Notes: generated from the letters alone by a model not told the origin. A DNA stretch of 64,000 nt from a virus (IMGVR_UViG_3300035034_002090:109238-173237); one strand, 5' to 3'; positions 43,095-54,233 are shown, counted from the first letter of the stretch. Numbers and translations are program-made.

Positions 43095-45929
43095 TTAAGT
43101 CACTTGCAGGATAAACCCAGCAGTGGTGTTTGATGCGTTAGATAGATCGAATCCAGACGCGTGGCCCGACCCGGCATTGTAAATGGTCGACGACGTGAAC
43201 ACGACATCGCTCCCGCCGGATGCGTATACCCCTAGACCTGTACTTGCCTCGTAGATTTGACAGCCGGTGATAACCACGTTAGTGGCTCCATCTATGTAGA
43301 TGCCATAGAGTGTGTTGGCGTCAGAATCTCCAGTGATGCTGAGAAGTGTCCCGGTAACTCTCGCAACGGCTCCCTCAAGCTTTATGCCCGTGCCCTCCAC
43401 CACGAAAATGCTACAACCAGTGATGGTATTATCTCCATCTGAAGTGTCTACGCCGAATGTAGAAGTTCCGCCAGCCGTTGAGTTGTTAACTACCTTGCAC
43501 CCGTTAAGGATAGCACCACCACCAAGGATGACTGAGGAAACAACGGGGGCATCTGTCTCGACATGACTATTACTCATTGTCGAGTTATCAAGGTCGACCT
43601 GACAGTGAAACTCGCAATTAGTCACGGCTACAGAACTTTTGAAAAACGCTTTACCAGCGGATTTGAACTTACACCCCTCGATGGAATTGGAGTCCAACCA
43701 AGATCCTAGGCTGACGTTGTTTGTCTCCCCAAACACCTGAATGACATTACCGGTCCCCGCCGTGTTGTCGAACTCCGAAGCACGAACAGACAATCTTCTT
43801 ACCTCTCCGACATCGAGTCCGATTTCTCTAGTGACCCATTTGCAGCCATCGACAGTCAGTCCGTTCACAGGACCGGCTCCTACCTCGTTGTTGATGAGCC
43901 CCTCATAGGGGATGACGGAAGTAGACTCTGCCTTGTCGATAACGACATTTCGGAACTCGACGTTTTTTACATCACCTCCGGGTTCGCACCTGAACACAGG
44001 CACATCTAATGTTGAGACATTGCCCGACAGAAGTATTTGGAGGTTCTCGAAGGTGACGTTTTCTGTAACCCCCTCTAGCAGAAATACCTCAGTACCAGAG
44101 GTTACATTGTAAATGAGCTTCGAGCCCGGTCCAGAACCTCTTACGTGAACGTTAGATGGAAGGGATATGGGCTCCGTTATCTCGCCAATATCGCATTGGC
44201 CGTTGATTTGAATCGTGGCACCATCTGGATAGAAAAGGCTGGCGTGCCTCATGGCACCCTCAAAAGAGTAAAATCTCGTTTGAGCTTTTTCGCCCAATGA
44301 CTTGGAGCTTGATGAGGTAACAGCAAGAGGCGCTGAGGTTTCTAAGGACTGTGCGTAGTCCTTGATGTCAACGATCTTGGATATGACTCCCCCGGACGCC
44401 TCGACATAAGCAAGCGGAATAATGTCATAGCTCCTGCTGAAGTTGGATTCGGCCTCAGCAACAATGGAGTCAGTAGAGAAGTCCGCATAGACAATAGAGT
44501 TTTCGCCAGTGGGCACTGAAAGCGCTGTAACGGAGCTAAATGTCTTCAGGCGACGGTCCGCATTGGTTGAGGGGTTTTGGAACGTGAGGCGTCCTATGAA
44601 CTCGGAGATGTCAACCTCAGTGGTGCCATTAGCTGTTACAACACCACCATCGATTGAGGCTCTTGTGATCACACCGTCTAGACCCTGAAAGGTCTTGTGG
44701 GCTTGATCTGCGGCCTCTACGAGAGATCCTTGTTCTACGGTATTATGGGTCGAGTCATAAACACTGATTTTTTCAGGAAGGTCCGGCCCTGAGATGAGCA
44801 TGGAGGCGTCGTCGTGTGACAGCCTAACCCATGACGTGTCGTTGTTAGCTGCGTTTCCTAGGTTTACCTCTTCGGCCGCCAGAGAGAACTTTGGAGCAAG
44901 CCGAGTGTACTCTCCGGGGGTGCGCTGGAAAACATCGAGACGATCGACAACAACCTCACCCGCCGACCCACTGGCTATTTGCAGGGATAGGCCACCCACA
45001 ACTAGGTTGCCTTTGGTGTATGCGGGAACCTCAAACAAAAAGCCGTACTCTTCAAAATCAGATGAAGGTGTCGGGAAGTCGTATGCAATCAAGGTCGTAG
45101 CAGCAAGAGTGTTCCAGTCGTACTCGGTGACGCGAAACCTGACGTTGGCGTCCCCTGCGAAGTTACTCCCCTTAAGCGTAGCCTTAAAGAAGAGCAGGTC
45201 ACCTTCCTCTAGCTGCTCCATAGGTACAGCTAGACCCACCTCTTCGTCAGCACCTACAGGCGTGGAGCTTCCAAAAACAGCAGATGCTTTCCCTGTAAGA
45301 ACATCTGCCGGGGATGTATGTGCTGTAGCGAGAGAAGAGAGCGTGGAATCTTCAGTGCCGTATCCAGCGAAGTTGAAGTCAAAGGACGGGTTGTCATTGA
45401 TCTGATTCCATAGGGTCATCCTACCCTTGGATGCCCCGGCTATATGAGCGGTGGCGTGCTCGATGTGGCCGTTAAAGATGGAGCCACTGGAGGGAACTCG
45501 TACGGAGCCAAGCTTGATAGCTTGTGCGGTCCACGGGTTAGCCATTTCAGCTTCGTCGACAATCCTAACCTCAGCCTCTGTGGCTTGCCCGATTCCATAG
45601 TTGACGTACAGTAAGAAATAGGCACGTGTCCCGCTCAGGTCGGTGCCTGAGCCGTCTACGTTTACCATATCCCAAGCCTGCTCAACCGTTTCTCGGTAAG
45701 CAAAGGCTAGATTCTGAGATTCGTCAGTCACTAATGCCAGTGAATCACCGGTCTCGGATGATACGGCGAGTTTTACGCTGCTACCACCCGCCGGAACCAA
45801 TCTGAAGCCGTGGTGAATTCCGGCCATGACCGTCGACATTGACTTGTTAAGCGCCTCAGACACATACGGCTCTTCCCATCGGATCTTAACCTTATTAACG
45901 TCGATAGTATTCTGAGCGTGAATCGTCAT
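43095..45929 (-). CDS. tailspike/tail fiber protein with right-handed beta-helix (pectate-lyase-like) C-terminal region
   Basis: 944 aa; C-terminal half has periodic N/G/T/S/V-rich ~22-aa beta-helix rungs (NVxF.N, GxxIxG). Confidence 0.55.
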   Translation of the reverse strand: MTIHAQNTIDVNKVKIRWEEPYVSEALNKSMSTVMAGIHHGFRLVPAGGSSVKLAVSSETGDSLALVTDESQNLAFAYRETVEQAWDMVNVDGSGTDLSGTRAYFLLYVNYGIGQATEAEVRIVDEAEMANPWTAQAIKLGSVRVPSSGSIFNGHIEHATAHIAGASKGRMTLWNQINDNPSFDFNFAGYGTEDSTLSSLATAHTSPADVLTGKASAVFGSSTPVGADEEVGLAVPMEQLEEGDLLFFKATLKGSNFAGDANVRFRVTEYDWNTLAATTLIAYDFPTPSSDFEEYGFLFEVPAYTKGNLVVGGLSLQIASGSAGEVVVDRLDVFQRTPGEYTRLAPKFSLAAEEVNLGNAANNDTSWVRLSHDDASMLISGPDLPEKISVYDSTHNTVEQGSLVEAADQAHKTFQGLDGVITRASIDGGVVTANGTTEVDISEFIGRLTFQNPSTNADRRLKTFSSVTALSVPTGENSIVYADFSTDSIVAEAESNFSRSYDIIPLAYVEASGGVISKIVDIKDYAQSLETSAPLAVTSSSSKSLGEKAQTRFYSFEGAMRHASLFYPDGATIQINGQCDIGEITEPISLPSNVHVRGSGPGSKLIYNVTSGTEVFLLEGVTENVTFENLQILLSGNVSTLDVPVFRCEPGGDVKNVEFRNVVIDKAESTSVIPYEGLINNEVGAGPVNGLTVDGCKWVTREIGLDVGEVRRLSVRASEFDNTAGTGNVIQVFGETNNVSLGSWLDSNSIEGCKFKSAGKAFFKSSVAVTNCEFHCQVDLDNSTMSNSHVETDAPVVSSVILGGGAILNGCKVVNNSTAGGTSTFGVDTSDGDNTITGCSIFVVEGTGIKLEGAVARVTGTLLSITGDSDANTLYGIYIDGATNVVITGCQIYEASTGLGVYASGGSDVVFTSSTIYNAGSGHASGFDLSNASNTTAGFILQVT

Positions 45930-46104
45930 CTGGTATCCTTGCCTTCATCGACATTATGCTCCTACCCATTCTAATCCTTTTGATGTTGAATGGGATGCGG
46001 AGCTGTTACATGGTGTACGTCGCGCACACCTTCAACCGAAGCCTGCGCACCACGCTAGACTACTCGACTGATGGAAACAAAAAATAGCGGCAGGAAGGAA
46101 GAGG

Positions 46105-46845
46105 ATGAATATGCGAAGAAATCTTGTAGTGGAAGGTACGAGCCCAAAGGACATTTCATCGGTGAAGGATCTGCCGAAAACAATCAAGGACACGCTTCCT
46201 GCGGATGCTGAGAAGACGTTTCTGGCGGCCCTTAAGACGGCTGTCAATGCGAAACCAGACGAGCCCGCTGGCGTCTGGTTCGGCATGGCTTGGGATGCCG
46301 TTAATGACAGTTATAAGAGGGGCGACGATGGTGAGTGGGTAAAAAAGGAATCCACTCAATCAAACCAGTCTATGGAGATTATAGAGAGCTACGTATATGA
46401 GATGGCGGTTATTGACAAGCTTGTCAGTGGTGGCCACGCGATGGCCTCGGCGGCCAAGTCTGTTGCTTCCTCGGTGACCTCTTTTGCTAAGCACGCCGTG
46501 GAGACGTTCAGGAACAAGTGGCAGAAGTTTCTCAGTGAGCGAAGAAAGCTTAAGTACGCAGAGATGCTTCATGACTACATAACCAAGGTTGACAAGTCTC
46601 TCACAGCCCGGATTGCTCAGGGCTCAGAAAAGTTTGCCGCTAAGGTGTATGCGGACGAGGGGAAAGTCGACATTTCGGAGTTGGCGGGCCTCGTGGCCAG
46701 AGCGGCCAAAGATGGTGTGTCTGGCGCTGCTGCGTATAATGACGTAGACCCGGAAATGTTTGACATAGATGTGGTAGAAGCGGTTACAGGCAGCTTGATC
46801 TTTACGGTAATATCTTACTACGGGTTTGAAATTAAGTCCGCCTAA
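46105..46845 (+). CDS. hypothetical protein
   Basis: 246-aa ORF with GGAAGGAAGAGG RBS. Confidence 0.45.
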   Translation: MNMRRNLVVEGTSPKDISSVKDLPKTIKDTLPADAEKTFLAALKTAVNAKPDEPAGVWFGMAWDAVNDSYKRGDDGEWVKKESTQSNQSMEIIESYVYEMAVIDKLVSGGHAMASAAKSVASSVTSFAKHAVETFRNKWQKFLSERRKLKYAEMLHDYITKVDKSLTARIAQGSEKFAAKVYADEGKVDISELAGLVARAAKDGVSGAAAYNDVDPEMFDIDVVEAVTGSLIFTVISYYGFEIKSA

Positions 46846-46865
46846 GAGCGGATAAAGGAGATTGG

Positions 46866-47093
46866 ATGCACGCAGGAAAGGTGGACACAGACGCCCTCAA
46901 GGGCTGGTTCAACTCGTTCTTTCGTCACAACCCTTTTCCTCATTCTATTGTTGAGTGGGATCATTTTGATCGGCCAACAAGGCAGATATTCATCAGGTAT
47001 GTAGGAGATTTCGACCATGACAAGTGGATGGACTTACAGAACCACATCAGAGCAAGGTTTCCCCACGTCTTGATTGGTGTGATCAAGAACTAA
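46866..47093 (+). CDS. hypothetical small protein
   Basis: 75-aa ORF with AAGGAG RBS. Confidence 0.35.
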   Translation: MHAGKVDTDALKGWFNSFFRHNPFPHSIVEWDHFDRPTRQIFIRYVGDFDHDKWMDLQNHIRARFPHVLIGVIKN

Positions 47094-47107
47094 TAAGGAG
47101 TGCTGTT

Positions 47108-47470
47108 ATGGGTGATGGTGCCACTATAGAAAGCATCCTGAGTAGATACCCAAAACGTGTCCTCTTGAGGTACTGTGAGTCGACTTTTGGGTGGGAAGAC
47201 CTTCAGGCCCTCAAAATAATTGCCTTATGTGAGGTCACGGAGGATATATCTTCCAAGCTTGCAGACATCGGTGTGGACATGCAGAATGCCAAGGGTGCCG
47301 ACAAAATTGAAGAGGTCTCAAGGCGGTACACGGCGATGTCTAAACAGATAAAATCCACGGAAGGTAAGCTGAGATGCGAGAGAAAAAAGCTGAAAAAGAT
47401 GCTGAAGGCAGGTTCGCAAGAGGAAATGAAGAGGGTGTACAGGGAGCCTCCAGCGAGTACCCAACCCTAG
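47108..47470 (+). CDS. hypothetical protein
   Basis: AAGGAG RBS then ATG 47108 (internal start of ORF-track 47024). Confidence 0.4.
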   Translation: MGDGATIESILSRYPKRVLLRYCESTFGWEDLQALKIIALCEVTEDISSKLADIGVDMQNAKGADKIEEVSRRYTAMSKQIKSTEGKLRCERKKLKKMLKAGSQEEMKRVYREPPASTQP

Positions 47471-47952
47471 CTGAGTGGCTCTTCATCCCAGAGGATGTCG
47501 CTGACATTGATGCTGACGTTCCTGATGTGGAAACGCCGGAGGAAGCGTGGCCTTGGCTCGTTAAAGCCACTATAGACATATCATTACCGCTGGCCTGTGT
47601 GTTGGGCGTCAGCAGGACGAAGTGGCGCACTGAGGACAGTATATGCGTCATGATTGACGAGGCCGTAGTGGACTCCATGGATGTCACAGGCGTATCCGAG
47701 GCACTGGAATGGTTCTACAAAGCCTTGTTCGGCATGAGCGTTCAGGTTGAAGCCAGAAAGGTATCCTTTGAAGACTTCGATGAAGAAGAGAAAACAGCGT
47801 GGTCTAAGGCAGTTGATTTCGAGGGCGCTAAGGAACGATTTAAGCAGTCTTTACTAAATCATCCGATCGTACAGGAAGCAATAGAGATCTTCGATCCTGA
47901 GATAGTTAGCCTCCGGGTCAAGCTTTACGATGAAGCAATTAAAGGGCTGTAG
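47374..47952 (+). CDS. hypothetical acidic protein (start uncertain)
   Basis: 192-aa ORF overlapping the previous gene by ~100 nt. Confidence 0.3.
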   Translation: MREKKAEKDAEGRFARGNEEGVQGASSEYPTLAEWLFIPEDVADIDADVPDVETPEEAWPWLVKATIDISLPLACVLGVSRTKWRTEDSICVMIDEAVVDSMDVTGVSEALEWFYKALFGMSVQVEARKVSFEDFDEEEKTAWSKAVDFEGAKERFKQSLLNHPIVQEAIEIFDPEIVSLRVKLYDEAIKGL

Positions 47953-47954
47953 GA

Positions 47955-48479
47955 ATGAGTACCAAAGATCTCGCAAAGCGCATCATAGACAGGCTCAGCA
48001 ACAAGGGTTTCGTCGATGGGGATCGGTCTCTGAAGAAGCGCATGTGGGAGGCCGTGTCGGAAGGTCTTCTGGGGTACTTTGAAGATGAGGGCCTTCCGGG
48101 GACAAACAATACTGATGAAAGTGTCAAGGTGTCTTCGAACGACGCCAGCTCAGGCTATCTGAAGGGCAAAATAGTTGCAGGATCCAATATTGTCATCATC
48201 GAACAAAACGATGGTGGTAATGAAACAATAGAAATTGAGGCACAGAACGACACAGTAAACCCCTCCCGAACAGATGAGTTCGATCCATCCGGCCCCCAAG
48301 ACAATGTCTTCGAGCTGCAAGAGGCCCCTATCATTGGCACCGAGAAGGTTTCTTGGAACGGCGTTAAAATGAGTCCGGGCGAAGATAGAGACTACTCTTT
48401 ATCCGGAACCACACTCACAGCTCATTTTCCTGTAATGCTAGGTGACGGCGTTGACGTCTACTATGAATACGCTGACTAA
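47955..48479 (+). CDS. tail fiber-associated protein
   Basis: 174 aa, starts 3 nt after previous stop, directly upstream of tail fiber genes. Confidence 0.4.
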   Translation: MSTKDLAKRIIDRLSNKGFVDGDRSLKKRMWEAVSEGLLGYFEDEGLPGTNNTDESVKVSSNDASSGYLKGKIVAGSNIVIIEQNDGGNETIEIEAQNDTVNPSRTDEFDPSGPQDNVFELQEAPIIGTEKVSWNGVKMSPGEDRDYSLSGTTLTAHFPVMLGDGVDVYYEYAD

Positions 48480-48562
48480 CGCGTAAAATGTGTTTAGGAG
48501 AGTCTCATACCTTAGGGTGTACCCTGAGCTTAACCACGAAAAGCTGAACGGGAGAAGGTACG

Positions 48563-50101
48563 ATGGCTAGAACGTTGATCAGGGCAGAAACTCAGCTCAA
48601 TAATGCGAGTTCTCAGGGCGACAACTGGTTCTTGAGAACTGACGGAAGCGCAGCTCTTGAGGGTGACCTAGACGCTGTCAACGGATATACCATAACAAAC
48701 CTTCCAGACCCTTCGCTAGATGGCGATGCCGCTAACAAGGGATGGGTCACCGCACAAATAGAGGCGTACGTTCAGGGGCTTGATCCCAAGGGGTCTGTCA
48801 GGGTTGCCACGACGGCAGACGACGGAGACCTCAACCTATCAAGCCCGCCTGCTTCCATTGATGGCATCACGCTGTCAGGTGGCGATAGAGTTCTTGTAAA
48901 GAATCAGTCGCTAGCCGAAGATAATGGCATATACATTTACACCGGAGGGGTTCTTGAGCGATCTCCGGATGCAGATGAAACAGACGAACTGTCTGGAGGT
49001 TCCTTTGTCTTTGTTGAACAGGGCACAGGGAACCAAGACACAGGTTGGCTGGTTGTGTCGGACGGCCCCATCCAGCCCGGTACAGATCCAGTCAACTTCG
49101 CTCAGTTCTCCGGAGCCGGTGCCATTGATGCTGGTGATGGACTCAGTAGGACTGGAAACACGATTGACGTCGTTGCCGCAAACAGCTCGCTTAACGTCGG
49201 CCCTAGTACCATCGCCGTTAATACGAGTGATGGCCTGACCGTAACCGGCAATGGAGTGGCGGTTGAGGCTGCGGATAGCACAATCAGTGTGACGTCAACT
49301 GGCATCAGCGTTAATGCCGGAAACGGCCTATCGGATGGGAGTAGCCTCGCAGTTGCAGGCGGAACAGGTATCACTGTTGATGCATCTGGCGTTAATATCA
49401 GCGCAGATGTTCTCACCGAATCGGATATTCAAGATGGTTTAGTCGTGTCTGGGGGCTTGGTCAGCGTAGACACCGGAGACGGACTCCAACTCAATGGCAC
49501 CACAGGGGCCGTTGAAGCAAATATTGGGGATGGACTGCAAATAGACGGCACGGGTGCTCTGGCAGTCACCTCAGACGTCGTACGATCCGCTGACATCTCG
49601 GATATGTTTACTGAGACCGAGTTCAATGCTGCTGTCGGACACGGCCTTACAGGGAACAGCACAGGCTTCTCCATTGATGATTCTGTAGTTGTAACGCATC
49701 TGGATGCCAATGGTATCGCAGGAAGTGGCTTGTCCGGTGATGTGGGTGGGCTGAACATCCAGACCGGCACTGGAATCACCATCAATGGAAGTGATCAGGT
49801 AGCAATTGATCTCACAGCCGGTGATGGTATCTCGATCAGTGGTGCTACGATTGAGGTTGATGCTTCGGTTGCAAGAACAAGTGATCTCCTGACCTTTTCA
49901 CGGGAGGCGTTCACTGGCGACGGCAACACTACCCTATTTACGTTGACCGCAGAGCCAACGCCCGAATCTGAGCGGGTATTTGTTAATGGTCAGTTCCAGT
50001 CTAAAGGGGCCGGAGCAGACTATACAATAGATGCTCAAGAGATTACTTTTACGTACACCCCTATTTCAGGGGCCAGAATCGAGGCTGTATACGCACCTTA
50101 A
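48563..50101 (+). CDS. tail fiber protein
   Basis: N-terminal phage tail-fiber motif DLDAVNGYTITNLPDPSLDGDAANKGWV; long G/T/S/V-rich repeats (GDGL..NG...V). Confidence 0.6.
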   Translation: MARTLIRAETQLNNASSQGDNWFLRTDGSAALEGDLDAVNGYTITNLPDPSLDGDAANKGWVTAQIEAYVQGLDPKGSVRVATTADDGDLNLSSPPASIDGITLSGGDRVLVKNQSLAEDNGIYIYTGGVLERSPDADETDELSGGSFVFVEQGTGNQDTGWLVVSDGPIQPGTDPVNFAQFSGAGAIDAGDGLSRTGNTIDVVAANSSLNVGPSTIAVNTSDGLTVTGNGVAVEAADSTISVTSTGISVNAGNGLSDGSSLAVAGGTGITVDASGVNISADVLTESDIQDGLVVSGGLVSVDTGDGLQLNGTTGAVEANIGDGLQIDGTGALAVTSDVVRSADISDMFTETEFNAAVGHGLTGNSTGFSIDDSVVVTHLDANGIAGSGLSGDVGGLNIQTGTGITINGSDQVAIDLTAGDGISISGATIEVDASVARTSDLLTFSREAFTGDGNTTLFTLTAEPTPESERVFVNGQFQSKGAGADYTIDAQEITFTYTPISGARIEAVYAP

Positions 50102-50160
50102 GAGCAGCAGAGAGGCGCTTGTATAAGGTCATCTCTGTGCTAAATAAGTAAGGAGGTAGT

Positions 50161-50604
50161 TTGATGAAAGGTTTTATCAGCTCAATTTTTTCAGGGAAGA
50201 ATAAGATGAAGAACAATGAAGAGGCGGAAGTCGTAGAGGTCGACGCACAGAAAGAAGTCGAGGAAGTTGATGCCCTTGATGTAAAGAGAAAAGACCCCTC
50301 TCATGTCACGGTGTCGGAAGAGGACCTAGAGCGACTGGTGGCGCTAAACAACAAACTGGCTGAGACCAAGATGCAGCTAGGTCAGATGCTCATCAATTAC
50401 AGGGAGAAGAAAGAGGCGCTGATGGGCAATGTAGAAGCCCTCAACAACACGATGAAGGATCGAGTAGAAGCGCTTAAGGAGCAATACGGCATAGAGGATA
50501 GCCAAGGCGAGTACCTCCTAAACTTGTCTACGGGTGGCTTTGTTCGAAAAGATGCCATGGAGCGCGCTCAGCAGAAGGCTGAATCCGCAAGAAAAGGTGA
50601 GTGA
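50161..50604 (+). CDS. coiled-coil protein (possible fiber assembly/chaperone)
   Basis: 147 aa, E/K-rich heptads; stop overlaps start of the large fiber gene (ATGA). Confidence 0.4.
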   Translation: MMKGFISSIFSGKNKMKNNEEAEVVEVDAQKEVEEVDALDVKRKDPSHVTVSEEDLERLVALNNKLAETKMQLGQMLINYREKKEALMGNVEALNNTMKDRVEALKEQYGIEDSQGEYLLNLSTGGFVRKDAMERAQQKAESARKGE

Positions 50605-53600
50605 TGAGCAGGACGAAGTTCACAGAAGGTCAGATCAGAGACGAAGATCTTATCACGAATGACGAGATCGGTGCCGGACACAAGACAACAGAGGTGGGGC
50701 CTTCTGGAACTTGGCCGGTAAGCACCACGGGTGCGGATACTGGCAACAACATCATCAACGTTTCAAACACTGACCTCACTCAGGCAGGAATCGAGCCCGG
50801 GGATACTGTTTCGCTTGTAGGGGGGCCGAACGCAGGCGAGTACACCGTGGCTGGTGTTGTCGACGCGACGTCCCTTCAGGTCAGCGAAAACGTCTCAAGC
50901 ACCAGCGGCGGCGACTCCCTAACGGTGTACCACGCCGTTGGCTCGACTCGCGTCGGCGTTGATAACAGCGTCTTTTCTAACATCACTGGCGCAAATCTTC
51001 AGGACGTCCTTGAAAGCGTTGATGTCTCGTTCTCTCTTGCTGGGCATACCCATGTCACTGGAGACATCACGGACTTTACAGAGTCCACGCAGGATGTGGT
51101 CGGAGGGATGCTCAATGACACGACCTACATCTCGTTGGGCTATCTGGACAGCAACGGAACTATTGCGGCGACTCTAAACACTGGCAGCGTGCCAGTTAGT
51201 GCCCTTAATGACAACATTGGGATCGCAACCGAAACCTACGTGCAGTCAAGGGGTCTAAACCTCATCACTAACGGCACGGGGTTGATGGGAGATAATACAA
51301 ATTTTTCAGAATTCGTATACGATCCCTCTGAAGCATATAGTGCACCCGCTTCCTTTAGGGTGGAGAGCACCGAGAACTTGTACCTTAGCACTGATGAGGT
51401 AATTGCTGTAGATGCCTCTAAGCACTATCGACTTTCAGCCTATGTTAAAGGGGGGTCTAGTCCGTCCACATTTTACATTGGTGTGAGTCTGCAAGATGCA
51501 GACGGTCGTGGGATACAGGCATACAACTGGACTCGGCACCCCGGCACCGATACGCGACTAGCTCAACCCCTCACACCCGGTGATACGGTCGTATATCTGG
51601 ATGATGCTTCTAACTGGAGGGATAGTAATGGCGACGCTGACCACAGCCATACTATTACGATATGGGAGTATGAAAACTCATTTGGGTATAAGTATCCTGA
51701 GTATACCTATTCAAAACTTCAGAATCGGAAAGCGTGGAACAATGGGGCCGTTGACACGAATAACAACACGATCACCTTGATTGATCCGTGGCCTTCTAGT
51801 CTAGCAAACCCAGACGACCCCAATGGCACTTGGCCTACAGGTACGGCTGTTTCAAATGCCAATTCCGGTGGCCTTCAGTACATTGCAGCTTCTAATGAAA
51901 CAACGACTGAGGATTGGGTACAGTATCAGGGAACTATTGGAGGTATTAATTACACCGGGGAAAATACACCCGCATACTATGATATGTTCCCCCCGGGTAC
52001 TGCTTACGTTTACCCGTTGATATTCGCCAACTGGAACGCCACAGGGAGTAGAACTACTTGGTTTTCCAATATTGAGTTCGGTCTCGATAACCCGACTAGA
52101 GATGATTTTGAAAACACGTCGACGTTAGAGTGGGATTATGATGCAACCATTGAGAGTGCCATCCGTGGAAACGTTATCCCCGGCGCGTTGAACACATCGG
52201 AACTGAACAATGATGCCGGATTCATCTCTGGGATTACCGCCGAGCAGAGTGGCGCATTCAAGGGAGAGGTCGACACCCTTAATTTCATCAACGGCACTCA
52301 CTTGGCTCCAGCCATCTCTCTGGTGGGGGATGAGATCAGGGTACGCCACAATGTAGATCCATCGGGTATTGGCACTTCTGAGCTGAATAACGATGCCGGG
52401 TTCGTTGACATAAACCACACCCACTCCACTGGAGACATCACAGCCTTTCCGGACGCCGCAAAGGATGCAGCGGGAGATGCTCTTAGCGATACGTCTACGA
52501 TTGACTTCAGTTATGACAATGTCAACAAGGTTATCACTGCTGATGTGATCCCCGGTGCGCTCAATACATCTGAACTCAACAATGACGAAGGCTTCATTAC
52601 AGGTATCGGCGCGTACGAGAATGGTGTCACCGTAGGTGGTGGGAGCATTTTCAATTTCATCGGAGGAAACAACACCACTGTCAATGTGACCGATCAGGGC
52701 GTCATCGTAGACATAGAGATTTCATCGACAGACACCACTTTGAGCGGATCGGCTGCGGGTGGGGATCTCGGTGGAACCTATCCCAACCCCACCGTTACCG
52801 GCTTGACTATAACGGGGGAGACAAATGGTGACTTCCTCTGGTTCGACGGCTCCAGCTGGACACGTTTCCCCGAAGGGTCAGCAAGCCAGTACATCGGTGT
52901 AGGAGCTATTGGTGGCGAGCCACAGTGGATGCAGATCAATGCTAATGAGATCAATAATAATGTGGGCTGGATCTCTGGCATTAGCAACGAGAACATTAGC
53001 GACCTCGGAGACGTCACAATCTCCAGCGTGGCCGATAATGAGGTGCTAGCGTACAACTCCGGGACAGGTGATTGGATTAATCAGACCGCAGCAGAGGCAG
53101 GACTTGCTGCTGCTAGCCACACCCATGGCACGGGGGACATCTCAGGGTTTGACGAAGCTGTTAGGGATACGGCTGGCGCGGCGTTTAACAACTCGAACTC
53201 GTCCACTGTAAACTTCGCCCAGAATGATACCGCAAATACAATGTGGTTCACCGTCAACCAGAGTGGCATAAAAACCTCTCTGATCAACAACGATGCCAAC
53301 TTCATATCTGGGGTGACGGTTCAGAATAACAGCATCTCCCAGACTGTGGCAGGCACGCTAAACTTTCAAGATGGAACGCATACTTCATCTTCAGTAACGG
53401 CGGGAAGTGGAGTTGCCAATGTATCATTTGATGTCGACCCGTCCACGATTAACACCTCAACACTTAATAACGACGCGGGATGGCTCTCCGGCATCAATGT
53501 AGGGGCCAGCAACACCCTCACCGACTATGATTCCATCAGGTTCTTGGAGGGATCCAACGTATCGCTTAGCTTGGCTGGCATCAGTGGTGAGGCGCAGCTC

Positions 53601-54233
53601 ACAATTTCAGCCAGCGGAGGATCGAGCCTTCCGGCTGGATCTGCTGGCGATATTTTGACTCACGATGGCGCGAATTGGGTAACATTGGCCCCGGGTCTGT
53701 CTGGGCAGGTTCTCCATACCGATGGGAGTAGTTCAGTATACTGGTCTACTGATGACACGGGTTCCCCGGCTCACACCCATAACCACGACATCGGTCACTT
53801 CGAGGCTTATAATGACGCCCCGCAACAAATAACGGGCGGTCCCTATCTCCTAACAGATACTGTCAGGACAAGCACTGGTATATTTACGCTAAACGATGGG
53901 CTCTTCACATCTAATATAAGTGGTTTCGTAGCGATAGACATGCAGGCTAGTTTTGTGAACTTACAGGACCTGTCAAAGTTTCGGGCGTTTCTTATCCATA
54001 ACGACTCCTACATTGCAGGCACTTATATTTACGAAACCCTTGGAGATCCCGCTGGAGATTTGGCCGCCGACTCCTTCTGCTCCATTACATGGAAGCGAAC
54101 AGTCGTTAATGTGCAACCTGATGACGAGTTGGGGGCTGTAGTCGAGATACTCGACTATGATGGCGTAGAGACTGTAGCGCAAAGCGTATCCGTCTGCATC
54201 ACCCCGCTCTACACAGACACCGTTACTCCTTGA
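50601..54233 (+). CDS. large tail fiber protein (1210 aa) with internal sequence repeats
   Basis: at least 5 copies of (I/L)NTSELNNDAGFISGI; repeated (S)HTHxTGDI(T/S)xF motifs. Confidence 0.6.
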   Translation: MMSRTKFTEGQIRDEDLITNDEIGAGHKTTEVGPSGTWPVSTTGADTGNNIINVSNTDLTQAGIEPGDTVSLVGGPNAGEYTVAGVVDATSLQVSENVSSTSGGDSLTVYHAVGSTRVGVDNSVFSNITGANLQDVLESVDVSFSLAGHTHVTGDITDFTESTQDVVGGMLNDTTYISLGYLDSNGTIAATLNTGSVPVSALNDNIGIATETYVQSRGLNLITNGTGLMGDNTNFSEFVYDPSEAYSAPASFRVESTENLYLSTDEVIAVDASKHYRLSAYVKGGSSPSTFYIGVSLQDADGRGIQAYNWTRHPGTDTRLAQPLTPGDTVVYLDDASNWRDSNGDADHSHTITIWEYENSFGYKYPEYTYSKLQNRKAWNNGAVDTNNNTITLIDPWPSSLANPDDPNGTWPTGTAVSNANSGGLQYIAASNETTTEDWVQYQGTIGGINYTGENTPAYYDMFPPGTAYVYPLIFANWNATGSRTTWFSNIEFGLDNPTRDDFENTSTLEWDYDATIESAIRGNVIPGALNTSELNNDAGFISGITAEQSGAFKGEVDTLNFINGTHLAPAISLVGDEIRVRHNVDPSGIGTSELNNDAGFVDINHTHSTGDITAFPDAAKDAAGDALSDTSTIDFSYDNVNKVITADVIPGALNTSELNNDEGFITGIGAYENGVTVGGGSIFNFIGGNNTTVNVTDQGVIVDIEISSTDTTLSGSAAGGDLGGTYPNPTVTGLTITGETNGDFLWFDGSSWTRFPEGSASQYIGVGAIGGEPQWMQINANEINNNVGWISGISNENISDLGDVTISSVADNEVLAYNSGTGDWINQTAAEAGLAAASHTHGTGDISGFDEAVRDTAGAAFNNSNSSTVNFAQNDTANTMWFTVNQSGIKTSLINNDANFISGVTVQNNSISQTVAGTLNFQDGTHTSSSVTAGSGVANVSFDVDPSTINTSTLNNDAGWLSGINVGASNTLTDYDSIRFLEGSNVSLSLAGISGEAQLTISASGGSSLPAGSAGDILTHDGANWVTLAPGLSGQVLHTDGSSSVYWSTDDTGSPAHTHNHDIGHFEAYNDAPQQITGGPYLLTDTVRTSTGIFTLNDGLFTSNISGFVAIDMQASFVNLQDLSKFRAFLIHNDSYIAGTYIYETLGDPAGDLAADSFCSITWKRTVVNVQPDDELGAVVEILDYDGVETVAQSVSVCITPLYTDTVTP

